From Macrostomum lignano (lineage: Eukaryota), in the NCBI GenBank assembly GCA_002269645.1, contig NIVC01001547.1, positions 62,001 to 126,000 of the forward strand: a DNA stretch of 64,000 nucleotides, read 5' to 3'. The position numbers and the translations under genes are program-made. Numbering within the stretch: the stretch's first letter is position 1; every line of letters starts with the position of its first letter. Below, piece after piece: positions 47,130 to 61,039 of the stretch. Below the pieces are notes generated by a model. The model was not told the DNA's origin and did no database searches. It saw only the letters and a list, made by a program, of their open reading frames with translations.

Positions 47130-50100
47130 TGACTAACAGATGAACAATCAGAATAGAACTCCTACATGTTCGTGTCTAAACAGGTGAATTACCTAAATAG
47201 AACTACTAAATGATCGTGTCTAACAGGTGAATAACCTAAATAGAACTACTAAATGATCGTGTCTAACAGGTGAATTACCTAAATAGAACTCCTACATGTT
47301 CGTGTCTAAACAGGTGAATAACCTAAATAGAACTACTAAATGATCGTGTCTAACAGGTGAATAACCTAAATAGAACTACTAAATGATCGTGTCTAACAGG
47401 TGAATTACCTAAATAGAACTCCTAAATGATCGTGTCTAACAGGTGAATAACCTAAATAGAACTCCTAAATGTTCGTGTCTAAACAGGTGAATAACCAAAA
47501 TAGAACTCCTAAATGATCGTGACTAACAGGTGAATAACCAAAATAGAACTCCTAAATGATCGTGTCTAACAGGTGAATAACCTAAATAGAACTACTAAAT
47601 GATCGTGTCTAACAGGTGAATAACCTAAATAGAACTACTAAATGATCGTGTCTAACAGGTGAATAACCTAAATAGAACTACTAAATGATCGTGTCTAACA
47701 GGTGAATAACCTAAATAGAACTACTAAATGTTCGTGTCTAAACAGGTGAATAACCTAAATAGAACTACTAAATGTTCGTGTCTAACAGGTGAATTACCTA
47801 AATAGAACTCCTAAATGTTCGTGTCTAAACAGGTGAATAACCAAAATAGAACTCCTAAATGATCGTGTCTAACAGGTGAATAACCTAAATAGAACTCCTA
47901 AATGATCGTGTCTAACAGGTGAATAACCTAAATAGAACTACTAAATGATCGTGTCTAACAGGTGAATAACCTAAATAGAACTACTAAATGATCGTGTCTA
48001 ACAGGTGAATAACCTAAATAGAACTACTAAATGATCGTGTCTAACAGGTGAATAACCTAAATAGAACTACTAAATGTTCGTGTCTAACAGGTGAATAACC
48101 TAAATAGAACTACTAAATGTCGTGTCTAACAGGTGAATAACCTAAATAGAACTACTAAATGATCGTGTCTAACAGGTGAATACCTAAATAGAACTACTAA
48201 ATGATCGTGTCTAACAGGTGAATAACCTAAATAGAACTCCTAAATGATCGTGTCTAACAGGTGAATAACCTAAATAGAACTCCTAAATGTCGTGTCTAAA
48301 CAGGTGAATAACCTAAATAGAACTCCTAAATGATCGTGTCTAACAGGTGAATAACCTAAATAGAACTCTAAATGATCGTGTCTAACAGGTGAATAACCTA
48401 AATAGAACTACTAAATGATCGTGTCTAACAGGTGAATAACCTAAATAGAACTACTAAATGATCGTGTCTAACAGGTGAATAACCTAAATAGAACTACTAA
48501 ATGATCGTGTCTAACAGGTGAATTACCTAAATAGAACTACTAAATGTCGTGTCTAACAGGTGAATAACCTAAATAGAACTACTAAATGATCGTGTCTAAC
48601 AGGTGAATAACCTAAATAGAACTACTAAATGATCGTGTCTAACAGGTGAATAACCTAAATAGAACTACTAAATGTTCGTGTCTAACAGGTGAATTACCTA
48701 AATAGAACTACTAAATGATCGTGTCTAACAGGTGAATTACCTAAATAGAACTACTAAATGATCGTGTCTAACAGGTGAATAACCTAAATAGAACTACTAA
48801 ATGATCGTGTCTAACAGGTGAATTACCTAAATAGAACTACTAAATGATCGTGTCTAACAGGTGAATAACCTAAATAGAACTACTAAATGATCGTGTCTAA
48901 CAGGTGAATAACCTAAATAGAACTACTAAATGATCGTGTCTAACAGGTGAATAACCTAAATAGAACTACTAAATGATCGTGTCTAACAGGTGAATAACCT
49001 AAATAGAACTACTAAATGATCGTGTCTAACAGGTGAAAACCTAAATAGAACTACTAAATGATCGTGTCTAACAGGTGAATAACCTAAATAGAACTACTAA
49101 ATGATCGTGTCTAACAGGTGAATAACCTAAATAAAACTACTAAATGATCGTGTCTAACAGGTGAATAACCTAAAAAGAACTACTAAATGATCGTGTCTAA
49201 CAGGTGAATAACCTAAATAGAACTACTAAATGATCGTGTCTAACAGGTGAATAACCTAAATAGAACTCCTAAATGTTCGTGTCTAACAGGTAAATTACCT
49301 AAATAGAACTACTAAATGATCGTGTCTAACAGGTGAATTACCTAAATAGAACTACTAAATGATCGTGTCTAACAGGTGAATTACCTAAATAGAACTACTA
49401 AATGATCGTTTCTAACAGGTGAATAACCTAAATAGAACTACTAAATGATCGTCTCTAACAGGTGAATAACCTAAATAGAACTACTAAATGATCGTGTCTA
49501 ACAGGTGAATAACCTAAATAGAACTACTAAATGATCGTGTCTAACAGGTGAATTACCTAAATAGAACTCCTAAATGTTCGTGTCTAAACAGGTGAATAAC
49601 CAAAATAGAACTCCTAAATGATCGTGACTAACAGGTGAATAACCAAATAGAACTCCTAAATGATCGTGTCTAACAGGTAAATAACCTAAATAGAACTACT
49701 AAATGATCGTGTCTAACAGGTGAATAACCTAAATAGAACTACTAAATGATCGTGTCTAACAGGTGAATAACCTAAATAGAACTACTAAATGATCGTGTCT
49801 AACAGGTGAATTACCTAAATAGAACTACTAAATGTTCGTGTCTAACAGGTGAATAACCTAAATAGAACTACTAAATGATCGTGTCTAACAGGTGAATAAC
49901 CTAAATAGAACTACTAAATGATCGTGTCTAACAGGTGAATAACCTAAATAGAACTACTAAATGATCGTGTCTAACAGGTGAATTACCTAAATAGAACTAC
50001 TAAATGATCGTGTCTAACAGGTGAATTACCTAAATAGAACTACCAAATGATCGTGTCTAACAGGTGAATAACCTAAATAGAACTCCTAAATGATCGTGTC

Positions 50101-53100
50101 TAACAGGTGAATAACCTAAATAGAATTACTAAATGATCGTGTCTAACAGGTGAATAACCTAAATAGAACTCCTACATGTTCGTGTCTAAACAGGTGAATA
50201 ACCTAAATAAAACTCGTAAATGATCGTGTCTAACAGGTGAATAACCTAAATAGAACTCCTACATGTTCGTGTCTAAACAGGTGAATAACCTAAATAAAAC
50301 TCGTAAATGATCGTGTCTAACAGGTGAATAACCTAAATAGAACTCCTACATGTTCGTGTCTAAACAGGTGAATAACCTAAATAAAACTCGTAAATGATCG
50401 TGTCTAACAGGTGAATAACCTAAATAGAACTACTAAATGATCGTGTCTAACAGGTGAATAACCTAAATAGAACTACTAAATGATCGTGTCTAACAGTTGA
50501 ATAACCTAAATAGAACTCCTAAATGATCGTGTCTAACAGGTAGATTACCTAAATAGAACTACTAAATGATCGTGACTAACAGGTGAATAACCAAAATAGA
50601 ACTCCTAAATGATCGTGTCTAACAGGTGAATAACCTAAATAGAACTACTAAATGATCGTGTCTAACAGGTGAATAACCTAAATAGAACTACTAAATGATC
50701 GTGTCTAACAGGTGAATAACCTAAATAGAACTACTAAATGATCGTGTCTAACAGGTGAATAACCTAAATAGAACTACTAAATGTTCGTGTCTAAACAGGT
50801 GAATAACCTAAATAGAACTACTAAATGTTCGTGTCTAACAGGTGAATTACCTAAATAGAACTACTAAATGATCGTGTCTAACAGGGTGAATTACCTAAAT
50901 AGAACTACTAAATGATCGTGTCTAAACAGGTGAATAACCTAAATAAAACTCCTAAATGATCGTGTCTAACAGGTGAATAACCAAAAAAGAACTACTAAAT
51001 GATCGTGTCTAACAGGTGAATAACCTAAATAGAACTACTAAATGATCGTGTCTAACAGGTGAATAACCTAAATAGAACTACTAAATGATCGTGTCTAACA
51101 GGTGAATAACCTAAATAGAACTACTAAATGATCGTGTCTAACAGGTGAATAACCTAAATAGAACTACTAAATGTTCGTGTCTAAACAGGTGAATAACCAA
51201 ATAGAACTCCTAAATGATCGTGACTAACAGGTGAATAACCAAATAGAACTCCTAAATGATCGTGTCTAACAGGTGAATAACCTAAATAGAACTACTAAAT
51301 GATCGTGTCTAACAGGTGAATAACCTAAATAGAACTACTAAATGATCGTGTCTAACAGGTGAATAACCTAAATAGAACTACTAAATGATCGTGTCTAACA
51401 GGTGAATTACCTAAATAGAACTACTAAATGTTCGTGTCTAACAGGTGAATAACCTAAATAGAACTACTAAATGATCGTGTCTAACAGGTGAATAACCTAA
51501 ATAGAACTACTAAATGATCGTGTCTAACAGGTGAATAACCTAAATAGAACTACTAAATGATCGTGTCTAACAGGTGAATTACCTAAATAGAACTACTAAA
51601 TGATCGTGTCTAACAGGTGAATTACCTAAATAGAACTACCAAATGATCGTGTCTAACAGGTGAATAACCTAAATAGAACTCCTAAATGATCGTGTCTAAC
51701 AGGTGAATAACCTAAATAGAATTACTAAATGATCGTGTCTAACAGGTGAATAACCTAAATAGAACTCCTACATGTTCGTGTCTAAACAGGTGAATAACCT
51801 AAATAAAACTCGTAAATGATCGTGTCTAACAGGTGAATAACCTAAATAGAACTCCTACATGTTCGTGTCTAAACAGGTGAATAACCTAAATAAAACTCGT
51901 AAATGATCGTGTCTAACAGGTGAATAACCTAAATAGAACTCCTAATGTTCGTGTCTAAACAGGTGAATAACCTAAATAAACTCGTAAATGATCGTGTCTA
52001 ACAGGTGAATAACCTAAATAGAACTACTAAATGATCGTGTCTAACAGGTGAATAACCTAAATAGAACTACTAAATGATCGTGTCTAACAGTTGAATAACC
52101 TAAATAGAACTCCTAAATGATCGTGTCTAACAGGTAGATTACCTAAATAGAACTACTAAATGATCGTGTCTAACAGGTGAATAACCTAAATACAACTCCT
52201 ACATGTTCGTGTCTAAACAGGTGAATAACCTAAATAAAACTCCTAAATGATCGTGTCTAACAGGTGAATAACCTAAATAGAACTTCTAAATGTTCGTGTC
52301 TAAACAGGTGAATAACCTAAATAGAACTCCTAAATGATCGTGTCTAAACAGGTGAATAACCTAAATAGAACTACTAAATGTTCGTGTCTAACAGGTGAAT
52401 TACCTAAATAGAACTCTAAATGTCGTGTCTAAACAGGTGAATAACCTAAATAGAACTCCTAAATGATCGTGACTAACAGGTGAATAACCAAAATAGAACT
52501 CCTAAATGATCGTGTCTAACAGGTGAATAACCTAAATAGAACTACTAAATGATCGTGTCTAACAGGTGAATAACCTAAATAGAACTACTAAATGATCGTG
52601 TCTAACAGGTGAATAACCTAAATAGAACTACTAAATGATCGTGTCTAACAGGTGAATAACCTAAATAGAACTACTAAATGATTCGTGTCTAACAGGTGAA
52701 TAACCTAAATAGAACTACTAAATGTTCGTGTCTAACAGGTGAATTACCTAAATAGAACTACTAAATGATCGTGTCTAACAGGGTGAATTACCTAAATAGA
52801 ACTACTAAATGATCGTGTCTAAACAGGTGAATAACCTAAATAAACTCTAAATGATCGTGTCTAACAGGTGAATAACCAAAAGAACTACTAAATGATCGTG
52901 TCTAACAGGTGAATAACCTAAATAGAACTACTAAATGATCGTGTCTAACAGGTGAATAACCTAAATAGAACTACTAAATGATCGTGTCTAACAGGTGAAT
53001 AACCTAAATAGAACTACTAAATGATCGTGTCTAACAGGTGAATAACCTAAATAGAACTACTAAATGTTCGTGTCTAACAGGTGAATAACCTAAATAGAAC

Positions 53101-56057
53101 TACTAAATGATCGTGTCTAACAGGTGAATAACCTAAATAGAACTACTAAATGATCGTGTCTAACAGGTGAATAACCTAAATAGAACTACTAAATTTTCGT
53201 GTCTAAACAGGTGAATAACCTAAATAGAACTACTAAATGTTCGTGTCTAACAGGTGAATAACCTAAATAGAACTACTAAATGATCGTGTCTAACAGGTGA
53301 ATTACCTAAATAGAACTACTAAATGATCGTGTCTAACAGGTGAATTACCTAAATAGAACTACTAAATGATCGTGTCTAACAGGTGAATACCTAAATAGAA
53401 CTACTAAATGATCGTGTCTAACAGGTGAATAACCTAAATAGAACTACTAAATGATCGTGTCTAACAGGTGAATAACCTAAATAGAACTACTAAATGATCG
53501 TGTCTAACAGGTGAATTACCTAAATAGAACTACTAAATGATCGTGTCTAACAGGTGAATAACCTAAATAGAACTACTAAATGATCGTGTCTAAACAGGTG
53601 AAAAACCTAAATAGAACTACTAAATGATCGTGTCTAACAGGTGAATAACCTAAATAGAACTACTAAATGATCGTGTCTAACAGGTGAATAACCTAAATAG
53701 AACTACTAAATGATCGTGTCTAACAGGTGAATAACCTAAATAGAACTACTAAATGATCGTGTCTAACAGGTGAATAACCTAAATAGAACTACTAAATGAT
53801 CGTGTCTAACAGGTGAATAACCTAAATAGAACTCCTAAATGTCGTGTCTAACAGGTAATTACCTAAATAGAACTACTAAATGATCGTGTCTAACAGGTGA
53901 ATTACCTAAATAGAACTACTAAATGATCGTGTCTAACAGGTGAATTACCTAAATAGAACTACTAAATGATCGTGTCTAACAGGTGAATAACCTAAATAGA
54001 ACTACTAAATGATCGTCTCTAACAGGTGAATAACCTAAATAGAACTACTAAATGATCGTGTCTAACAGGTGAATAACCTAAATAGAACTACTAAATGATC
54101 GTGTCTAACAGGTGAATTACCTAAATAGAACTCCTAAATGTTCGTGTCTAAACAGGTGAAGAACCAAAATAGAACTCCTAAATGATCGTGACTAACAGGT
54201 GAATAACCAAAATAGAACTCCTAAATGATCGTGTCTAACAGGTGAATAACCTAAATAGAACTACTAAATGATCGTGTCTAACAGGTGAATAACCTAAATA
54301 GAACTACTAAATGATCGTGTCTAACAGGTGAATAACCTAAATAGAACTACTAAATGATCGTGTCTAACAGGTGAATTACCTAAATAGAACTACTAAATGT
54401 TCGTGTCTAACAGGTGAATAACCTAAATAGAACTACTAAATGATCGTGTCTAACAGGTGAATAACCTAAATAGAACTACTAAATGATCGTGTCTAACAGG
54501 TGAATAACCTAAATAGAACTACTAAATGATCGTGTCTAACAGGTGAATTACCTAAATAGAACTCCTAAATGTTCGTGTCTAAACAGGTGAATAACCAAAA
54601 TAGAACTCCTAAATGATCGTGACTAACAGGTGAATAACCAAAATAGAACTCCTAAATGATCGTGTCTAACAGGTGAATAACCTAAATAGAACTACTAAAT
54701 GATCGTGTCTAACAGGTGAATAACCTAAATAGAACTACTAAATGATCGTGTCTAACAGGTGAATAACCTAAATAGAACTACTAAATGATCGTGTCTAACA
54801 GGTGAATTACCTAAATAGAACTACTAAATGTTCGTGTCTAACAGGTGAATAACCTAAATAGAACTACTAAATGATCGTTTCTAACAGGTGAATAACCAAA
54901 ATAGAACTACTAAATGATCGTGTCTAACAGGTGAATAACCTAAATAGAACTCCTAAATGATCGTGTCTAACAGGTGAATAACCTAAATAGAACTACTAAA
55001 TGATCGTGTCTAACAGGTGAATAACCTAAATAGAACTACTAAATGATCGTGTCTAACAGGTGAATTACCTAAATAGAACTACTAAATGATCGTGTCTAAC
55101 AGGTGAATTACCTAAATAGAACTACCAAATGATCGTGTCTAACAGGTGAATAACCTAAATAGAATTACTAAATGATCGTGTCTAACAGTTGAATAACCTA
55201 AATAGAACTCCTAAATGATCGTGTCTAACAGGTGAATTACCTAAATATGACTACTAAATGATCGTGTCTAACAGGTGAATAACCTAAATAGAACTCCTAC
55301 ATGTTCGTGTCTAAACAGGTGAATAACCTAAATAAAACTCGTAAATGATCGTGTCTAACAGGAGAATAACCTAAATAGAACTACTAAATGATCGTGTCTA
55401 ACAGGTGAATAACCTAAATAGAACTACTAAATGATCGTGTCTAACAGTTGAATAACCTAAATAGAACTCCTAAATGATCGTGTCTAACAGGTGAATAACC
55501 TAAATAGAACTACTAAATGATCGTGTCTAACAGGTGAATAACCTAAATACAACTCCTACATGTTCGTGTCTAAACAGGTGAATAACCTAAATAAAACTCC
55601 TAAATGATCGTGTCTAACAGGTGAATAACCTAAATAGAACTTCTAAATGTTCGTGTCTAAACAGGTGAATAACCTAAATAGAACTCCTAAATGATCGTGT
55701 CTAACAGGTGAATAACCTAAATAGAACTCCTAAATGATCGTGTCTAACAGGTGAATAACCTAAATAGAACTACTAAATGATCGTGTCTAACAGGTGAATA
55801 ACCTAAATAGAACTACTAAATGATCGTGTCTAACAGGTGAATAACCTAAATAGAACTCCTAAATGTTCCTCTCTAACAGGTGAATTACCTAAATAGAACT
55901 CCTAAATGTTCGAGTCTAAACAGGTGAATAACCTAAATAGAACTCCTAAATGTTCGTGTCTAAACAGGTGAATAACCTAAATAGAAGTCCTAAATGTTCG
56001 TGTCTAAACATGTGAATTTAATCTAAATAGAACTCCTAAAAATGTTCCTCTCTAACA
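47130..56057. repeat. 43-bp satellite, about 8.9 kb (AACAGGTGAATAACCTAAATAGAACTACTAAATGATCGTGTCT)
   Basis: About 205 units; rare variants recur at about 1.6-kb offset (e.g. ATTACT at 50125 and 51721). Confidence 0.99.
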
Positions 56058-56756
56058 TATCTTAACTCCGACGAGTCATCGGCCATGCAAAACAAAAAAG
56101 TGGCTTGAACAAAAAAAATTGCATTTTTGTTATTAAATTCATAGCATAGATTAAATTCATATGACCAGTGTGGAGGTTACCATACTATATGAAATATTGT
56201 CACTTTCTAATCTCATTATCTATAATAGGACAGCTGCATAATTAAAAAGAGAAAAAGCCCAGACTAGAGACGAAATCGATAAAACTTTTAAAATAGCTTC
56301 ATAGCTTCATTAATAAATTGCCATACTGCCTTTACTTGTACAATTCAAAGCAAAACTTACATAATTTAAGTAAATAAAAATTAAATTAGCCAACCACTAA
56401 TGACAACAGCCAAGCAGACGGACAAGGTTAAGGCGGCACCCGATACAGATAAACAAAAAGAAGAAAACTTACAGACAATAATTACGAGCATTTGAAATTG
56501 GTCGGCTAAAATAACAATTAAAACTACAACAATACAATAAGCTATATTAAGAAGTATTCAGTAAATAATATTGTCCATCACATTAGTTATAATTCAATTA
56601 AAATACTATAAATTTATTTTGTTGAAACAAAGTTGACCGCACATAAAATGTAAACAAAATCTAAACTTGAATACAGGCAACTTATATAGAAATGATTATT
56701 GGATTTGGCAATAGCTTATCGAATCCTTTGATTCATTTAATCTGCATCTGCATCTT

Positions 56757-57572
56757 ATAGGATCTGGGAGGCTGGCTCAGCAACTGAGGATCTGGGAGGC
56801 TGGCTCAGCAACTGAGGATCTGGGAGGCTGGCGGCCCAGCTACTGGGGATCTGGGAGGCTGGCCCAGCTACTGGGGATCTGGGAGGCTGGCTCAGCAACT
56901 GAGGATCTGGGAGGCTGGCGGCCCAGCTACTGGGGATCTGGGAGGCTGGCCCAGCTACTGGGGATCTGGGAGGCTGGCCCAGCTACTGGGGATCTGGGAG
57001 GCTGGCCCAGCTACTGGGGATCTGGGAGGCTGGCCCAGCTACTGGGGATCTGGGAGGCTGGCCCAGCTCTGAGGATCTGGGAGGCTGGCCCAGCTACTGG
57101 GGATCTGGGAGGCTGGCCCAGCTACTGGGGATCTGGGAGGCTGGTGGCTCGGCAACTAAGGATCTGGGAGGCTGGTGGCCCAGCAACTGGGAAACTGGGA
57201 GACTGGCCCCAGCAACTGAGGATCTGGGAGGCTAGCCCAGCAACTGGAGGATCTGGGAGGCTGACCCAGCACCTGAGGATCTGGGAGGCTGGCCCAGCAC
57301 CTGAGGATCTGGGAGGCTGGCCCAGCAACTGAGGATCTGGGAGGCTAGCCCAGCTACTGGGGATCTGGGAGGCTGGTGGCTCGGCAACTAAGGATCTGGG
57401 AGGCTGGTGGCCCAGCAACTGGGAACCTGGGAGACTGGCCCCCAGCAACTGAGGATCTGGGAGGCTAGCCCAGCAACTGGAGGATCTGGGAGGCTGACCC
57501 AGCACCTGAGGATCTGGGAGGCTGGCCCAGCACCTGAGGATCTGGGAGGCTGGGGAGGCCCAGCAACTATAG
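56757..57572. repeat. 28-bp minisatellite (GATCTGGGAGGCTGGCCCAGCTACTGGG) just downstream of the ERGIC2 stop
   Basis: About 28 units. Confidence 0.96.
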
Positions 57573-57620
57573 GATCTGTGTAGTTAACAAGGCATCACAG
57601 AGAACGCAGCAGCGAGGTGC

Positions 57621-57995
57621 TCAAGACAAAGGTGACGCATATCTGATGCCAGCATCCGTCACCACAGGCAGGTGGCTGGATCCCCTACCGGCCATGGCGC
57701 GGCACAGGCGGTCCCAGGCGGCATTCACCAGGTAGCAGAGCAGAGCTGAGCAGGCGAACACTCCCCCAGTGATGGCCGCCAGGTTAGTGAGGAAGCTGCT
57801 AAGCGGCAGGCCGGCGTCCTTGACAACCACCTGCAGCGGGCTGACTTCGTATTTGAAAAACAGGCCGGGCAATCCGTGGCTGCCCCTGCCGTGGTCGATG
57901 ACTCTGTCCAGCTCCTGCACCGCGTACTGGAAGCTGCGAACTGTGGCGCCAGCCGCTGCGGACAGGCCGCGGCGGTGCAGCTCGGTGGGGACCAC
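57621..57995 (-). CDS. ERGIC2: ERGIC2/Erv41 exon 4 of 4
   Basis: ccgcag|GTG acceptor; VVPT...FQYAVQE...GSHGLPGLFFKYEVSPL...LAAITGGVF (second TM); no C-terminal KKxx, as in ERGIC2 rather than ERGIC3. Confidence 0.92.
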   Translation of the reverse strand: MVPTELHRRGLSAAAGATVRSFQYAVQELDRVIDHGRGSHGLPGLFFKYEVSPLQVVVKDAGLPLSSFLTNLAAITGGVFACSALLCYLVNAAWDRLCRAMAGRGSSHLPVVTDAGIRYASPLS

Positions 57996-58084
57996 CTGCG
58001 GGTGGTTGGGAACGGCTGCTGCATCAGAAGTGGTGTACTTTGGCCTAGCAGAGAGGCTGTCCAAGTGCTTGTCTCTGTGATTGT

Positions 58085-58121
58085 CGCAGTGTCCGTCTGT
58101 TTGTCTGTCTGCCTGTCTGCA

Positions 58122-58166
<45 letters not shown>

Positions 58167-58247
58167 TAGTGTCTCTCTGTCTGGCTGTCTGTCTGTCTGT
58201 CTGTCTGTCTGGCTGTCTGTCTGTCTGTCTGTCTGTCTTAGTGTCTC

Positions 58248-58306
<59 letters not shown>

Positions 58307-58345
58307 GCCTGCCTGCACGTCTGTCTGCCTGCCTGTCTGTCTATC
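58085..58345. repeat. (GTCT)n microsatellite, ERGIC2 intron 3
   Basis: Direct read. Confidence 0.97.
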
Positions 58346-58497
58346 TATCTGAGTGTCCAGGCCCATGAACTAAAAGTCTCCATCTTAAATTCCACCCAAG
58401 TGCTGATCTTAACTGATAATATTAAGCGCCGACACGGGACCATAAAAAGCCAAACCCATAGTTAGCATAATAACCGGATTCCCCCAAATCGGCTCAC

Positions 58498-58641
58498 CTG
58501 CACAAAGTACTGATAATTAGTGCTGGCATGCTGGGTGACTTTCTCTTCGTAATCCAATGGATTAATGCGACCGGGCACATCCTCGCCGAAGCTCAGATGG
58601 TAGATTCGATGGGAGAAGTTCAACGCCGTGGCGTGACTGGC
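58498..58641 (-). CDS. ERGIC2: ERGIC2 exon 3 (not in ORF track)
   Basis: ctaacag|GCC acceptor, CAG|GTGAGC donor, phase 0; LNFSHRIYHLSFGEDVPGRINPLD...YQYFVQ. Confidence 0.93.
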
Positions 58642-59119
58642 CTGTTAGAAACAGGGGGAGGGGGGATGACCCTCACTTCATGGAAATTGAACTTGCAGCG
58701 TCAGAAGCCTTGAAATAATTTTCGAATTGCTTGGTTTGCCCGTGGCAATGTAATTTCCTTTTAAAAGCCAAACTAGTCTAGACTAGTACGAGCTATCTTA
58801 ATCATGATTGTATTAGAATGTGCTTTGCTAATTAAACTGAATTTCTCTTAACGGATTTCGCAGCTTCCTAGATCTCCCAGAGAGGAAATGAAATTTAATT
58901 TGACAATCAATCAGCAAATGTAAAAAGAAGTTTAATCAAGTCTTTTTTCTACAGTGACTCACTACTACAAAGAAGGCTATTGAGTTTGACACCTAAATAG
59001 GAATCTTCTGTCCAGCTTGATCTATCAGAAATAATCGATATTGATACTCGTGCAAACCACATAATCGCATGGCATGACAAAGATCTAAGATATTTATTCT
59101 AAACCTCAAATCATGCATC

Positions 59120-60580
59120 AGAACCCCATAGCAACTGGGGATATTGATCCCAGATATGCATCCATAAATTGAAGCTCCCAACCCGATAGCAACTGGGGAT
59201 ATTGATCCCAGATAAGCATCGATTTCAAGATCACAACCCCATAGCAACTGGGGATATTGATCCCAGATATGCATCGATTTCAAGATCACAACCCCATAGC
59301 AACTGGGGATATTGATCCCAGATATGCATCAATTTCAAGATCACAACCCCATAGCAACTGGGGATATTGATCCCAGATATGCATCAATTTCAAGATCACA
59401 ACCCCATAGCAACTGGGGATATTGATCCCAGATATGCATCGATTTCAAGATCACAACCCCATAGCAACTGGGGATATTGATCCCAGATATGCATCGATTT
59501 CAAGATCACAACCCCATAGCAACTGGGGATATTGATCCCAGATATGCATCGATTTCAAGATCACAACCCCATAGCAACTGGGGATATTGATCCCAGATAT
59601 GCATCGATTTCAAGATCACAACCCCATAGCAACTGGGATATTGATCCCAGATATGCATCGATTTCAAGATCACAACCCCATAGCAACTGGGGATATTGAT
59701 CCCAGATATGCATCGATTTCAAGATCACAACCCCATAGCAACTGGGGATATTGATCCCAGATATGCATCAATTTCAAGATCACAACCCCATAGCAACTGG
59801 GGATATTGATCCCAGATATACAATCATAAATTGAAGCTCCCAACCCCATAGCAACTGGGGATATTGATCCCAGATATGCATCCATTTTACGATCCCAACC
59901 CCACAGAAACTAGGGATATTGATCCCAGATTTGCATCAATTTTACGATCCCAACCCCATAGCAACTGGGGATATTGATCCCAGATATGCATCGATTTCAA
60001 GATCACAACCCCATAGCAACTGGGGATATTGATCCCAGATATGCATCGATTTCAAGATCACAACCCCATAGCAACTGGGGATATTGATCCCAGATATGCA
60101 TCGATTTCAAGATCACAACCCCATAGCAACTGGGGATATTGATCCCAGCTATGCATCCATAAATTGAAGCTCCCAACCCGATAGCAACTGGGGATATTGA
60201 TCCCAGATAAGCATCCATAAATTGAAGCTCCCAACCCTATAGCAACTGGGGATATTGATCCCAGATATGCATCCATAAATTGAAGCTCCCAACCCGATAG
60301 CAACTGGGGATATTGATCCCAGATAAGCATCCATAAATTGAAGCTCCCAACCCCATAGCAACTGGGGATATTGATCCCAGATATGCATCGATTTCAAGAT
60401 CACAACCCCATAGCAACTGGGGATATTGATCCCAGATATGCATCGATTTCAAGATCACAACCCCATAGCAACTGGGGATATTGATCCCAGATATGCATCG
60501 ATTTCAAGATCACAACCCCATAGCAACTGGGGATATTGATCCCAGATATGCATCAATTTCAAGATCACAACCCCATAGCA
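59120..60580. repeat. 55-bp minisatellite containing GGGATATTGATCCCA, ERGIC2 intron 2
   Basis: About 26 units. Confidence 0.97.
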
Positions 60581-60716
60581 ACAATGAGCTGTTAATCCCC
60601 AGCTAAGCCTCACAACAACTAGAAGTGCAAATTTCGTGTACTTATGAGTATTGCTTGAAAACGCGACAGTATTGGCCCAGCAGGCTAAATAGAACACTCA
60701 TCGATTCCCCCAATAC

Positions 60717-60938
60717 CTGGAAGTGGGCATGCGTGCCGCCAAAATTGACGGGCTTGCCGCCAGTCAGGTGCAAATTTCCTGCCACCTTGTTCACCCGGAA
60801 GCGGCCACGAAGCCGACAGGCCGAGGCGGCCTTCCGCTCGTTGGGACTCTGGAATTGCTCGGAGCCGAGTACGTTCAGCCAGCCTTTGTCGGCGAATAAG
60901 TCGCTCTGCAGCGCGTGATGATGCTGCCTGATGGCCTC
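60717..60938 (-). CDS. ERGIC2: ERGIC2 exon 2 (222 nt, phase 0/0; not in ORF track)
   Basis: cccccag|GAG acceptor, CAG|GTATTG donor; HHALQSDLF...ACRLRGRFRVNKVAGNLH...HAH. Confidence 0.92.
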
Positions 60939-61039
60939 CTGGGGGTTATTGACGGTTGGAGTGGGAGATTCGTAACTGCTACTACTTGTATAAGTAGTCT
61001 CAATAGCAAGAGCTAAGGAATCTAGCTAACTTCCTGGGT

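Noticed and set aside
47130-56057. Regularly spaced ~43-bp repeats resembling a CRISPR array (also 40205-40620 and 59120-60580)
   Set aside because: Head-to-tail monomers with no unique spacers, no cas genes, and an intron-containing eukaryotic context.
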